A stretch of 64,000 nucleotides of DNA, taken from Guillardia theta CCMP2712 (Eukaryota; Protista; Cryptophyta). The translations under genes were made by a program, and so were the position numbers. The notes below the pieces were generated by a model. The model saw only the letters and a program-made list of their open reading frames with translations. It was not told the DNA's origin and searched no databases. How positions within the stretch are numbered: position 1 is the stretch's first letter; each line of letters begins with the position of its first letter. Positions 50,901 to 62,114 of the stretch are shown one piece after another. The DNA is taken from contig NW_005434668.1 of assembly GCF_000315625.1 (NCBI RefSeq), positions 567,808-631,807 of the forward strand. Reading direction: 5' to 3'.

Positions 50901-52371
50901 AGCCAATCAGAGTCGGCGCCATCATCAGACCAAGATCGAACACCAGGACCAAGTCTCCGTCATTGAAATTCTGTACAACTGGTTTCACATATTCGCGGTT
51001 AACTGCACTGTACAACTGCCACTTAGCTTCAGAGGCGAAGGCGCGGCAAACATCTGCACTTGTGGGATGCACAAAATGAAAAATTGGTTTGAGAATGTTG
51101 TGGCAAAAATCTTCATATTCAGCGCGCATGTCTGGAGGCAGAAACACAGGAATGCACTGAAATTTCGACATGAGCTCCTCCGTCACCGCTTCCTGCTCTG
51201 CTGGAGGGATGTCGATGCCCAATCCGCCGACGTACAGCACGCGGCAACGAGCGCGAAGAGCACGCAGATTCTCTACGACATACCCGGCATGTCGGCTCTC
51301 AGATCGCATCACTTTGCTGTTGTCAGCTTCGCGTTGAGTAGAGTCAGAAGCAAAGGACAGCCACTGGAAGGAGAGCGCTCCAGTGTCAGGATCTCTCTTG
51401 GCAGTGAGAGGCAGGCGATAAGTGACGACATAGATGGTGTCTGTTGTCTCCAGCTCCACAGGAAGGTCCAAGATATTCTTCTTCAGAGGCTTGCTACGAT
51501 CGACAGAGACGAAATCCTTGTTCAGCAACTTGGCTGACTCTACATCAAACTTTCCATCTTCCAACGTCAGCACATTCCCTTCAGTTGTGAACATCCGGTT
51601 CTCGATCTTGGTCTCCCAGTCCATTTCCCCATTGGCCTTCATGATGACGTACTTGTACTCCACTGACTGGCCCGAAGGAGCGGCGAACGTCGCGCTCCAC
51701 TGCGGAAATTCCACTTGGTTCGTCTGCAACTCAACCCCGCCCCTAGGGTCCCAATATCCCAGCTCTTGAATGGAGCCTGTGACAACCACACGATCACCGG
51801 GCGAAGTACTTGTCACTTCGACATGCAAGTCAACACGTGTCATCGCACTCTGATCACTGACTCCGTGCGAGAAAACTTGCTTGTTGACAAGATCGTTGCA
51901 GGACGACCCAGGGGACGAGCCCATGTCTTCTCTGCTGCCTTTGCGAGAGAGCTGCCGCACTTGACTCGCCAGGTCTTTTGACGATCCTCTCATCGAGTCT
52001 TGACTCCGATTCCTGGATATCGAACCTGCCATCCCACTGGCAGAGGAGGAGCTGGAGGACGACGAGAGGTTTCGAGGCATGTTTGCCATGTTCTCTCGGC
52101 TGCCGCTCCGAGATATCGACATGCCGCTCTCCCTGCTCGCCACCTTCTTCGGCGTGGATGAGTTTGCGTCTCCATTCTGCTGCAGCGGGGGAACTACTAC
52201 CGGCGAGTTTATCTTCGCACCTCCGGACAAACCACCGGCATATCCCCTCCTGAAAACGTCAGGTGACTTTGGCCTGCCCCCCAGACCAGGCGACAGCGGC
52301 CTGTCTGGGATATCCAAGTTATCGTTCCTCGTATCGCGCGGAGGCTTGTCCTTGTTCAATGAGAAAGGCAT
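47915..52371 (-). CDS. CBM20 + trehalose-6-phosphate synthase/phosphatase (GT20-HAD) fusion with degenerate TPS active site
   Basis: CBM20 (VTGSIQELGYWDP...FPQW...EYKYV...WE..ENR); GT20 (TPFPSSEIFRTMP, YARHFLSCC, LVLSEFTACS); HAD (IFDVDVL, GLAAEDG, GDDRMDEDMF); stop at 47917-47915. Confidence 0.9.
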
Positions 52372-52839
52372 CCCTCTACGTCACTGAGTGACACTCGTGC
52401 TCACTTGGCCAAACTTAATCGCTGCTCTGTCTCAATGGTCATGCAGCTACTCCGAGCAGAAGAGTGTTGGGAGTGGAGATAACAGTCTTCCACCACAAGA
52501 CTCCTGCTGCAGGTCCAGCAGTCAGCAAGAAGGAGCAGCGAGAGGGGCGACTTTGATTCACCGGCAATCTGGAGATGAAGAGCTCCAAGGCTCCGGCTAC
52601 TGGCAACCAGAGACGCACTTGGTCGGGGTAGAGGGAGGAGGAAGTAGAGAGGAACAGCCAGGCAGTTACGGAAGGAGAGGTAGGAGAAGGCGGTGGGAAG
52701 GAGGAGACGCGGGGGAGGGGAGGAGGAGGCGCGGGAAGGGAGAGACGCGGGGGAGGGGAGGGCGGCGGGGCAAGTCGGCAGAGGGGGAAGGCGAGAGGGT
52801 TGGGGGCAGGGAGAGGACAGGGGAGGCCACAAGGTGGTT

Positions 52840-53060
52840 CCTTATGAAAGATGGGCGGTTCCTTAATTCACTACCCCACCTACACCCCCATGACGAATGG
52901 GTAGATACAGAATGGGGACAACATTGGGGTGCATGAGTTCCGGCGATATGAAAATGAGGGTGGGGGTAGATGGATGAAGGAATTCATGGGGTAGTCATAG
53001 GAGAAAGAAGGGGTCCACTGATCCATGACGGTGGGCGGGTGATGCAGTTAATCACCACCG
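52840..53060. promoter_or_regulatory. ACCCC/GGGGT-rich divergent promoter region
   Basis: Cluster between TPS (-) and DUF486 (+); both genes appear to have 5'UTR introns. Confidence 0.5.
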
Positions 53061-53789
53061 GTGATGTCTTGAGTTTTTTATTTTTCCTTGGATGAAATTA
53101 AAATGAAGATTATTTCGATTTTATTTTATTGAGATAATCGTAATTTGATTATTTAGAGTGCAAGATTTCAATATATGCCATAGAGGAGCCACAGACGAAA
53201 ACTTCAGATAAAAAAAAAAAAAGGAGACCCACATCCCCGAACCTACTCTTTATAAATATGTAAGTTGGTACCAGCAAATCTCTCAAAAGAGAAAACGAAA
53301 ATTAGGAGGAGTATTCAAATATTTCTCGTAATTTCACATTATCCTCAAAGATGGTTATCAATCATTTTACAAAACCAAATATTTATCCTAATTTTCAAAC
53401 TGCACCCAGGCCATCGAAAATGGATTCGCAACAAACAACTCTTTCGATCAAGGCAAAAAGGTCTTGCGATTCCCGGGGGAGGAGGAGGGTAGCACAAGCA
53501 AGTAGATGCCCTCACAAGGAATGGGCGGAGTAGAAAATGAATTGAGCAAGAGAATTTAGCAGGAATGAGATCTGTTTACGTGACTGGATGAGTTCACATG
53601 AGGTGTTGAATGCATCGTACAAAAGCAAGTGTTTTAGTGGTGATACTAATATTAACCATACAAATCAAAATCCACAGTGAAAGTGTATTATAAAATCGTC
53701 GAATTGCTATTGCTTTTCAGGGTACTTACGTCCTTGATGAAATTAGGATGCAAACCCCACTGTAGCCTGTCGTGTACAAGCAGCAAGAG

Positions 53790-54230
53790 ATGCCAACTCT
53801 CTGGCCCGCAATTGCGGCAATCTTGTTGCTTGTCTGCTCTTGTTGCGTGATGACAGTGGCATGGTACCTCCATCTCAAATACTCGAGCACATGGCCGATG
53901 TGGAAGGCAATCTTGATCTCATGGCTGATTGCGGGAGGCGAGTACTGTCTTCAAGTTCCAGCGAACAGGATAGGTCACACACAAGCTCAAATGCCCGCTG
54001 CAACTCTTCGAGCCATTGCGGAATTTTGTATCCTCGTCTCCTTCCTCGTGTTTCAGCAGTTCGTCCTCTGCGAGCCCATCAGGTGGAACCACCTCCTAGG
54101 CTTCGCCATTGTGTTTGTCGGGGTCTTAGTGGTCCTGGGAGGTCCCTTCCCTCAGCCAGTTTTGACGACGTGCGAAGTCACGCAGACTGCCGATGCTCTC
54201 AGGCATCACAAGCTTGAGGAAGTATCATAA
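53790..54230 (+). CDS. DMT-superfamily small membrane protein, DUF486 (DMT_6) family
   Basis: MTVAWYLHLK, AILISWLIAGGEYCLQVPANRIG and EPIRWNHLLGF match the family signature; CDS is intronless. Confidence 0.85.
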   Translation: MPTLWPAIAAILLLVCSCCVMTVAWYLHLKYSSTWPMWKAILISWLIAGGEYCLQVPANRIGHTQAQMPAATLRAIAEFCILVSFLVFQQFVLCEPIRWNHLLGFAIVFVGVLVVLGGPFPQPVLTTCEVTQTADALRHHKLEEVS

Positions 54231-54969
54231 GAACCTACTTGTGGAGAATTTGCTTGGGTTTGAACATCAAGGTTTGACTTTCAATAAATGCGAAAAAGAA
54301 AGAAGAATAACAATGTCACTTACAAATTGATCGACAAGAACATTCACGTCAAAAGAGATACGCGTACTACCCGGCCTCGTGCCGTCCTGCAAGCCCATGT
54401 CTCATCTGATAAGGAATTTTCCTGGGAGACCGGCAATTCATGCAGGTATTAGTGATGACATATTGGTTTACTATGGCATCTTACAGGATTATCGTCCTCG
54501 AGCTTTGAATATGCTATCTTGACTCAGTTTCGCAGGAAATGAGGTGAGGCGATTCATCTTGATTGATTATCTCTCTCCTTCATCATCAGTGATTCTTTAT
54601 ATTTCTTGTTTCATTCCTCCCTTCCTCCCCCTTCTCTCCATCCATCCCTACACCCCCTCCCTCCGCCCCCCCTTCCCTTTTCTATCTCCATTCTCTCTCT
54701 TTTCTCTCTCGCTCGCCCGCCCTCCCTCCCTCCCTCTCCACCTGATCATGGTTACGACATGTGATAATTGCAGTCATTGTTGAATGACATCAATTCACAG
54801 GGCTCATAAACTTGGTTCGTCAGTTGGGGGATGCTCTCAGCGTAAAAGCGTACAAGGGAAAGTACCCGTGGTAGGTAGACTTTGTGACGTTTATCTTTTA
54901 ATAAGCTACGAGTAAAGAACCGAACAATGATTTTGCCTTGCTCAGCAACGCACCATGCTGAATGAAGAT

Positions 54970-56133
54970 TTAATGATGCTTGTTGAGATAATCTTGTCCC
55001 AAACGCCATCTGTTGAGAAGCAAAAGTCATGAAAATCCTCATATACATCATGGAATTACAAGACGTTGAACATCAGCCCTTGTACACCATTCGTGATGAT
55101 TCGAGTTCCAAGGCCACGACCGAACAAGCCTATTCTTTTGTCAAATTGAAGCGTGCGACTCAAGAACACCATACCAATAACTCCGTCTTTGCTCACAACC
55201 TCCACAACCGCCTGCCGGTATGAAATCTTCTTCTCATGCGTTTGCTTGGTAGTCTGTGAAACAGACTACACTCAGTGGAAACCAGGGCAGGAAAACCTCG
55301 TACCTTGATTACACGGATAGAGTTGGAGCAAGTGTCAGAAACAGCAGATGATACGAAACCGATGACAGCATTTCTCAAAAGTTTCTGCGCGAACTCGTTT
55401 CCAAGGAATGTTGCAAATTCCTTGGGAGGAGGAAGCATTTCACTCATCAGATTGTTGGTGTAGAACCAAGGAAAGTGTCCAACGAAGGTACCACCTGGAC
55501 GAAACCATCAGATAAATAGAAACCAGTCTTTGTAGAAGGATCCAACAGAGCACGTCACTCACCCGCTGTGGCAAAGGCTCCATACCAGAGGACACCAATT
55601 CCATTCGTTCGAATCTTGTTAGCCAACAAGGCGACTCCATTCTTCCCCTCAACTTGTAGTGTGGTCTTCAGGCAGTCCACAGGCATCAAAAACATCCTGA
55701 AACCAGCAGCGGAAAATGATGCTGCCATAGTCTTGGCAGCGACAGGGAGTTTCTTCGTGCTTTCATGGGAATCAAGCAGAGCGAGCATTCCCGCATTTGC
55801 AGCAGTGTCTCCGAAGCGAGAGAGTGGGCCTTGAACCAGAGCTGGCAGATACCCACGATAGAAGCGAATGATTCCGCCAAGGCCTCCTCCTCCCTCATGG
55901 TAGAGATGTTTCATGGCCTGCAAGGTGCTGGAACCATGGCGATACTGATAGTTCATCGTAGTACGCATCCACATGAGCGAAGTGACCTGAATAGCCATGG
56001 CGCCGGCACCTGCTATACCTCCTCCAAGCGCCTTGTTCGCTGCTCTCTTCAAAACGACACCCAGTGATTCGGCATCACTAGTCTGCGCTGCTTTGATTGC
56101 TTTGATGTGCTCCTGAAGAGGAGTGCTCAGCAT
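54970..56133 (-). CDS. Mitochondrial carrier family (SLC25-like) protein
   Basis: [11 protein letters not shown] (PxDxxK), [26 protein letters not shown] and [10 protein letters not shown]; spliced end [12 protein letters not shown] at 54970; may have upstream exons. Confidence 0.88.
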
Positions 56134-56689
56134 TTCTTCTTGGTTGATGCCTTTGGGGCTTGTTACTCGTTTCGGCTCGAGCAATAGTAACCTTAGGTAA
56201 TACGAAACGTCAGGACACGCACACACGAAGCCTTGACTGATAATCAGGTGGAAAGCAATCAATAGGGTGATGGCAGTGAGACCATGTGGTTCGTTAGGGG
56301 AAGAAAAACAATTTGAAAGTGAAAAATAATTGAAAGCAGCTTCCGGAAGGAAGCACTTGTAACTTGTGAATGCAGTGAGTCCACTGATAAAATGAGGGCA
56401 TCGGAAAATATCGGAAACAACAATGATAAGAGGCTAAGGAACAACAAGGTTAAGGGTGTTGAGGAAAGAAATAAACTTGTTATTCTACATTCTGAAGAAC
56501 TAGATCCATCGAAAATTTCAGAATCAAGTGGATGACAATCTCACATCAGGAGCATAAATCAGGGAACATGCTTCCAATATCAGTCGGGCTATTGGCAAGA
56601 ATAGCTAGGGTTAGGATGATCGGTAGACAGTATCGAGCTGAGAAGGTTTCGACAGCAGGGTAAAAGCTCTAACTCAACGATTTGATGTG

Positions 56690-57850
56690 TGTGACGGTCC
56701 GGTGAAACAGTCTGGAGCGACGTCTCTGCCCCTCGCCATAGTCGGTCGAAGGGAGCGCGGGGATGCATGGAAAGGAGTCCTGTACTACCCATCGTCTGTT
56801 GGTGGGGATATCTTGCAAGGGGGGTGGGGAAAATATTGGGTGGGTGGGGACACCCCCTCATGCTACTGCCCTCCGAGTAGCGATAATTGAGCCTCTAATG
56901 ATAGAAGCGAATTCAAGGCTGTCCTCTTGAAGACAGATCTGTATCAAGGTCAAGGTGGACTATTTTCTAATTGAGACTCTAATTCAAATACTCAAGCTTC
57001 TCACTTCCTGCATACTGACATTGTGTGATAAAGTAAGGGGGTGATGATTTCATCCATCTAGGTGGGGGTCCTTCCAAGGCAGTGGTCCCGTCAATCGGCA
57101 TTCATTGCACTGGAACATTCTGTCACTGGGGTGGGGTATAGCCCCACGTATATAGGGGTGGGTCGGTATTGGGGTGCTTGGAGAGGGTGGGGTCACTAAA
57201 ACAAATGTTTTTAAGAGAAAATGACGGGGTAGTTTTATATTTATTAAGGGGTACAGATACCTCAAGTGTGGTCCTTGACAGTAGTTGCACAATACAGGAG
57301 GGAGGGTACTCAAAAGATGGGGTAGGGGTACAAAACTCAACATCGAGCATGGGGTCCTGTCAGCTTCAAGCGGTGGTAGGGCGTAATCAATGAACGATCG
57401 GATCCAAGAGGGGTAGGGACGAGCAAATTCTTGATTCACCCCTATTTTACAACTACAAAGTACCGGTACTATTCCATGATACACCGGTCATATTGAGGAA
57501 TCGTCCCGAGTGGTTGGGGAAAGGGGTCCTGCTCAACGTTTCTCCCAGTACCCCAGGAACCCCTACTAAATTCATTTGGTCAGTACTGCACTACCCCTTC
57601 AATTTGATATTCTTGATCACCCACCCATAAAAATCCACATGATTTCCGGTTCCTATTACCGGTACTCTTCCGATGTGTCGTTGCCCCCATTCCCCCCGGT
57701 TTTCAGGAAATGGACTTGACCCTCATCCCCACTCATATCATTGCTACTTTACCCTCATCCAGCACACACAATGTAGAAGGGCACGGCAGGCACGGAGGGA
57801 GAAGGGTGGGTGAGGTCACGGGGCAAGGGTGGGGTACGTCGGTGAATTGC
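56690..57850. promoter_or_regulatory. Unusually long GGGGT/ACCCC-rich non-coding tract
   Basis: GGGGT words dominate ~56760-57530 and ACCCC words ~57550-57760, with several CCGG sites; no credible ORF. Confidence 0.5.
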
Positions 57851-57949
57851 GACTATCGGCATGGCTGGAGGCAGGGGAGAGGGTGAGTGATGCAATTGGC
57901 TGCTGAAGACCCAGAGGAAGAGATGAAAAGTGTGGGATCAAACTCCAAC

Positions 57950-58809
57950 AGCTTCTTAGCTTCTTGCCTCTTCGTCGTCATCTTGTTGTTTCTCCTTTAT
58001 TTTGAGTGGTTCCAGTGGATTCGATGGAGGCAGATGAAACACACTCTGCCACATGGAAAGAATTCGACGCGGCAAGCGAAGTAACGGTCAGAGAAAAGAG
58101 ATCAAATGTACCAGATAGAATGGCTGGGGTTGGCGTCATTGAGATCTGAATAAATGGTTGCGATTGCACGTTTCGAACGATGAACTTGCGATGGCTCGAT
58201 CATCAAGTTCAGGGGGTATTTTGTTTTCAGGAAGAAGGGGTCGTTCATGATCATGAACCAGGTGGAACATCTTGGTCTTTTTTTTCTCGGATGAGAAGAA
58301 ACACTTTGATCTAATAAACTGTATCAATGATCTTGCATTTAGCCCTCACAGTTTTTTGGTAGTTCTCTGTAGGATAATGTACGAGCCTTCAGCTTTCCAG
58401 CAGTTCTACGATCAGATTGCACATCCCATCAAGCTCGAAGTAGAGATTTTCAGTCTGAAGCCCTCTTGTCCAACGTGATTTACGAGAATGTTCATGTTGA
58501 GCATAGTCCTTGCTGAATTGCACACGGTCTGACCTGGCAAGGACCCAATTAGGTTCGAGCATTCGCTGCCTAGCAACCTCCCGCATCGTGTTTGGGCTCG
58601 AGGAGGATCACAAGAGACGAGGATACGCTCAGAGTAGATGCAGGCGCTCTTGGCAGGAGGAGGTGAAAAGGGTTGGAGGGGAGGCAGGGCCCAGGGAAAT
58701 ATTTCCCCGCGGGGGGGGGGGGGGGGGGGGAGGTTGAAGGGACGGATAAAGGGAGGGGCGACAGAAGGGAGCCAAGAACCGCGCGCTGTGTCTGCACGGT
58801 GCGCAACAT
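57950..58809 (-). CDS. Possible multi-exon hypothetical protein
   Basis: Chainable exons MLRTVQTQRAVLGSLL..., RMLEPNWVLARSDRVQFSKDY, ENLYFELDG|IELPKN|YQSVSSHPRKKRPRCST; strand and model uncertain. Confidence 0.35.
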
Positions 58810-58894
58810 GTATCATGGAAGATGAGTGCATCGAAGAAAGCAGGAGCTGAGTGACTGGAGCTTGACCCTCTCGAGATCCCAGCGATGTTTGGAC

Positions 58895-59558
58895 ATGATG
58901 GTAAGGAATAGCGCTTTCGTCGACTGTCGCGTGCGGTTGTTGAGCCTGCTGCTTTTTCCCGCCATCGCCAGCTGCAGTTCTCAACTAGATAGCTGGAGGG
59001 TCAGCAGCAGGGATCATGTGAGGAATCTTGTGCCGCCGCATCATGTCTCATGCTTATCTGCAGCATGACAGAGGAAGTCAAGAATCCAGCGCAAGCATAT
59101 TTGTGGTGAGTGCTGTATGAGCGAGAAGGTCACTCTGATCGATGGCTGCAGAAGAATCTTGATTCTGAACTCACGGAGAAAGACTTACTCTGTATCTTTG
59201 AGCAATTCGGTTCAGTGAAAAAGGTTTTGTGCTGGCTAGAATATTTTTTCAAACTCATCTCGAGTACAGATATCAATCCCGCAAGATCGCTCTCGCGTAG
59301 AGAATCGAAGATTTGCTATAATCGAGGTAAACATGTCAGTCACGTACTTGCCTGCCTCTAATCCATCTTGAGAAGTTTGTTGACCCCCGGAGTGCCTTGT
59401 TAGCAAGAGACAACATGCAGGGGTGAGGCTTTGTTTACACTGTCACACGCTCCTTGATCGCTCACAACTCTTAATGTCGAAGGGTGAAGATTGGCCGTAA
59501 TGTCCTTCGTGTGGAACAACAATACCGACGACCACCCTTGCGAGCTCGGAGGTTCTGA
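58895..59558 (+). CDS. Single-RRM protein with N-terminal signal peptide
   Basis: MMVRNSAFVDCRVRLLSLLLFPAIASCSSQLDSWRVSSRDH|HDRGSQESSASIFV|KNLDSELTEKDLLCIFEQFGSVKK|ISIPQDRSRVENRRFAIIE|FVDPRSALLARDNMQG|VKIGRNVLRVEQQY...; RNP2 IFVKNL, RNP1 RRFAIIEF. Confidence 0.75.
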
Positions 59559-59904
59559 GTGCCGGGCTTGAGCCTGAGAGAGCAGCCGCGCCGGGCGGCT
59601 GCAGTATTGGTTGTACCTCGCGAGATTTTCTGATTGACAACGAACTCTTCGACTCACATCCAAGAACTGCTGCTGAGTCAAGTTGCTTTCTCTGAACCGG
59701 TGAACGTACACTGACTCTTAAAAGTCCAGTGGCTGCATGGCCGCCGCAGTTGAAAAAGTACGCCGGATACTACCAGTACCGTCTCGGATGCCCAAGTTGA
59801 CTTGTCATGATGAGTGAAACTAAGTTGAAAGGGATCATCTGACCGTATTATTCTGAAGGCTAAGCGGCTGCACTGTGAACTCAATGATGATGATCGGGTG
59901 ACCC

Positions 59905-60470
59905 TCACCCCGGCCGGACGGTTTCGAGAGTCTGCAGCGGCCTCCTGTTTACCGTGCGGCAGTCACAGGCTAACGGTTCAACGGTTGGTGACCGTGACGG
60001 TTCACCCGACGGTGACTGAGCCAGTCGGAGCGCCCGGCCCGGCGGGGCTACCCTGACCCGGCACACCGTCACCTCGGACCGTGCCGGGGCCCTTGAACTC
60101 CAGTCACCGGGGACGGCCGCCCGGCGTCTGCCGCCGGGCACCGTGGCACTGTGACTACTAGGCTCGGAGCCGGGAGCCCGGCCCGGCTTCATCTCAGTTA
60201 GTGCCGGGCCGCCACCTCCAGTGTTGGCCGCCGAAAGGGCCCGGCGGGCCAACCGCCGGGCGGTCCGATCCGGCCGGGCCGCCCGGCTGCGGCCTGCCAC
60301 CGGGCCCCCGGGCCCGGGGAGTCACCGCCGGCCGGGCCGCCGTTGCGAGTGCCACCGTCCGGCGTGTCGGACTGGCCGTGGCGTCACGGTGGCACGCGGC
60401 GGCCGGCGGCGGCCCGGTCGGACGGACCGTACTGGGCCCGGGGTTGAGCCTGTACAGTCCCGGATATAGC
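59905..60470. other. GC-rich non-coding island 4 (AAGTT/TGAC-rich flank from ~59660)
   Basis: Same vocabulary; lies between the RRM gene (+) and the next (+) gene, followed by a TACCCC cluster at 60480-60640. Confidence 0.8.
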
Positions 60471-61181
60471 TCCTAGTACATAAGGATAAATACATGCCTA
60501 GGACCACAATAAGACCTTATGGAGTACCTCACCCTTCATCCTATTCTGTCGGGCACCCCTACCCTTCGTTTCCGTCCTAATCGGACCTGAAGTACCCCTA
60601 GTCTTCTCCTTGAGTACCCCACCCTGGGTATTGTCATTTGGCCCCTCCGGAAATAGAACAGCAGAACCACGGCCGGCTTTCATGCCGCTGGCAGTCAAGA
60701 TTCGCGAGGAAGAGGAGATGAATGATCATGCGATAGAGTTCAGCGTGCTGAGAAGAGGGCGATCGGCAAGAAGAAAGAAGTGATAGCAAACTGGTTGTCC
60801 TCGTACTGATAGCTAACTGCATTGAGAATTGCCTTTGGTTTCGAACAACCTTACTGAGGTTAAGTTTACTGGTAGGATTGTCGTGTTCGCACATAGATGC
60901 AGTTTAACTTCGTACTTGATTTGTCCTGGTTTGTATACAATAGGATACGCTGTGGTAGGAAAAAATCCAGCATCTTTCATCATTGTCCGAAGCTTCAAGG
61001 GCATTGCCTCGGCTGAGTAAACATATGGTGTAGTGAGCGTGGTTTCGACTGATATTTATATCATCATCATCCTTTCATGTTGCTTAAGTGCATTCGAAGA
61101 ACAGCAAAAACCATCGCAGAACCATCTTCCAGTCAAGCTGTTGCTCAGATTCTCATGTGATCTAACGCTCTTCTCGTCAGC

Positions 61182-61743
61182 ATGTACACGGATCTTGTAT
61201 CTCCTGTTCCTAGGGAGCGTCGTGAATCCAGCAATCGCCAGGTGGACTTTGACAATGCAGTTGGTTATAAGGCCATCAGCTGCTCATGCCCCATCCTTGC
61301 AGGTTATCGCTGGCCTTGCCATTGTCGCACTGGGTCTGTGCGCAGTCCTCTTCGCAGTCGGAGAGCAGTCCACTGAGGACGACTCTGTTCGCAACCTCCT
61401 GCAGGCAACCAAGTCGCGAATGCCTGATATCTCCAAGATGTCTGCTAGACAGCAGGCCCTGTACGACTCCGGAATGGAGGATGAGGCCGGCAAGCAGATG
61501 AACATCGCTTATCAGACCTTCATGAAGGCTAAGGATAGCAACGTCGTTGGGGAATATGATTTGTTGAACTCAACCTTGACCGAGGAGCAGAACGCTTTGG
61601 TCAACTACGCTGACGAGATGAAGGTACCTTCCGCCATTTGAGAGCGCCTCGTGATGAGATCTTTGCAGGCAATTGAACTCGAGGTTGCGAATGAGGCCAA
61701 GGAGCACAAGAATCAGTATTCACCCAAGCTTCCTAGCGAGTAA
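61182..61743 (+). CDS. Small signal-anchor (type II) helical protein
   Basis: MYTDLVSPVPRERRESSNRQ|VIAGLAIVALGLCAVLFAV...ARQQALYDSG...DEMK|AIELEVANEAKEHKNQYSPKLPSE*. Confidence 0.75.
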
Positions 61744-62114
61744 ACAACGATAGCAAGATCCAGCGGACGGTGGAGGTCATTGATTGTCTGTTTGAGTTGA
61801 TCTTCCCAAGTCTCAATCTTGTTGTGTATTCGATTCTCGTTTAAGTTCTTCAATTCCCTTTTTTATACAAACAAAAAGATCTCAAAAAACTTCGTTGCTT
61901 GTCTCCGATTTAAGACTTGCTAAGGATGGACCAATCGCCCCTCCTCCTGGCATGCATCGATGGAATGAAAACATCATTGAGATAGCCTTCAAATCGTGCG
62001 GAATTAAATTCATGTCTATCACAAATATGTGGATTGGTTCTATAGTTTCATAAACATTTGTTGAACTTCATTGCTAAATTGTACAAAGGGAGACCGAATC
62101 ATTAGTGACAAAAC

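Noticed and set aside
57887-58084. Plus-strand TM-like ORF
   Set aside because: Could be the antisense of a purine-rich minus-strand exon; cannot be resolved without transcripts.
7288-60470. Apparent ~13 kb periodicity of islands, with the GTCCT satellite at the missing position
   Set aside because: Only four islands; gene-orientation context explains their positions more simply.
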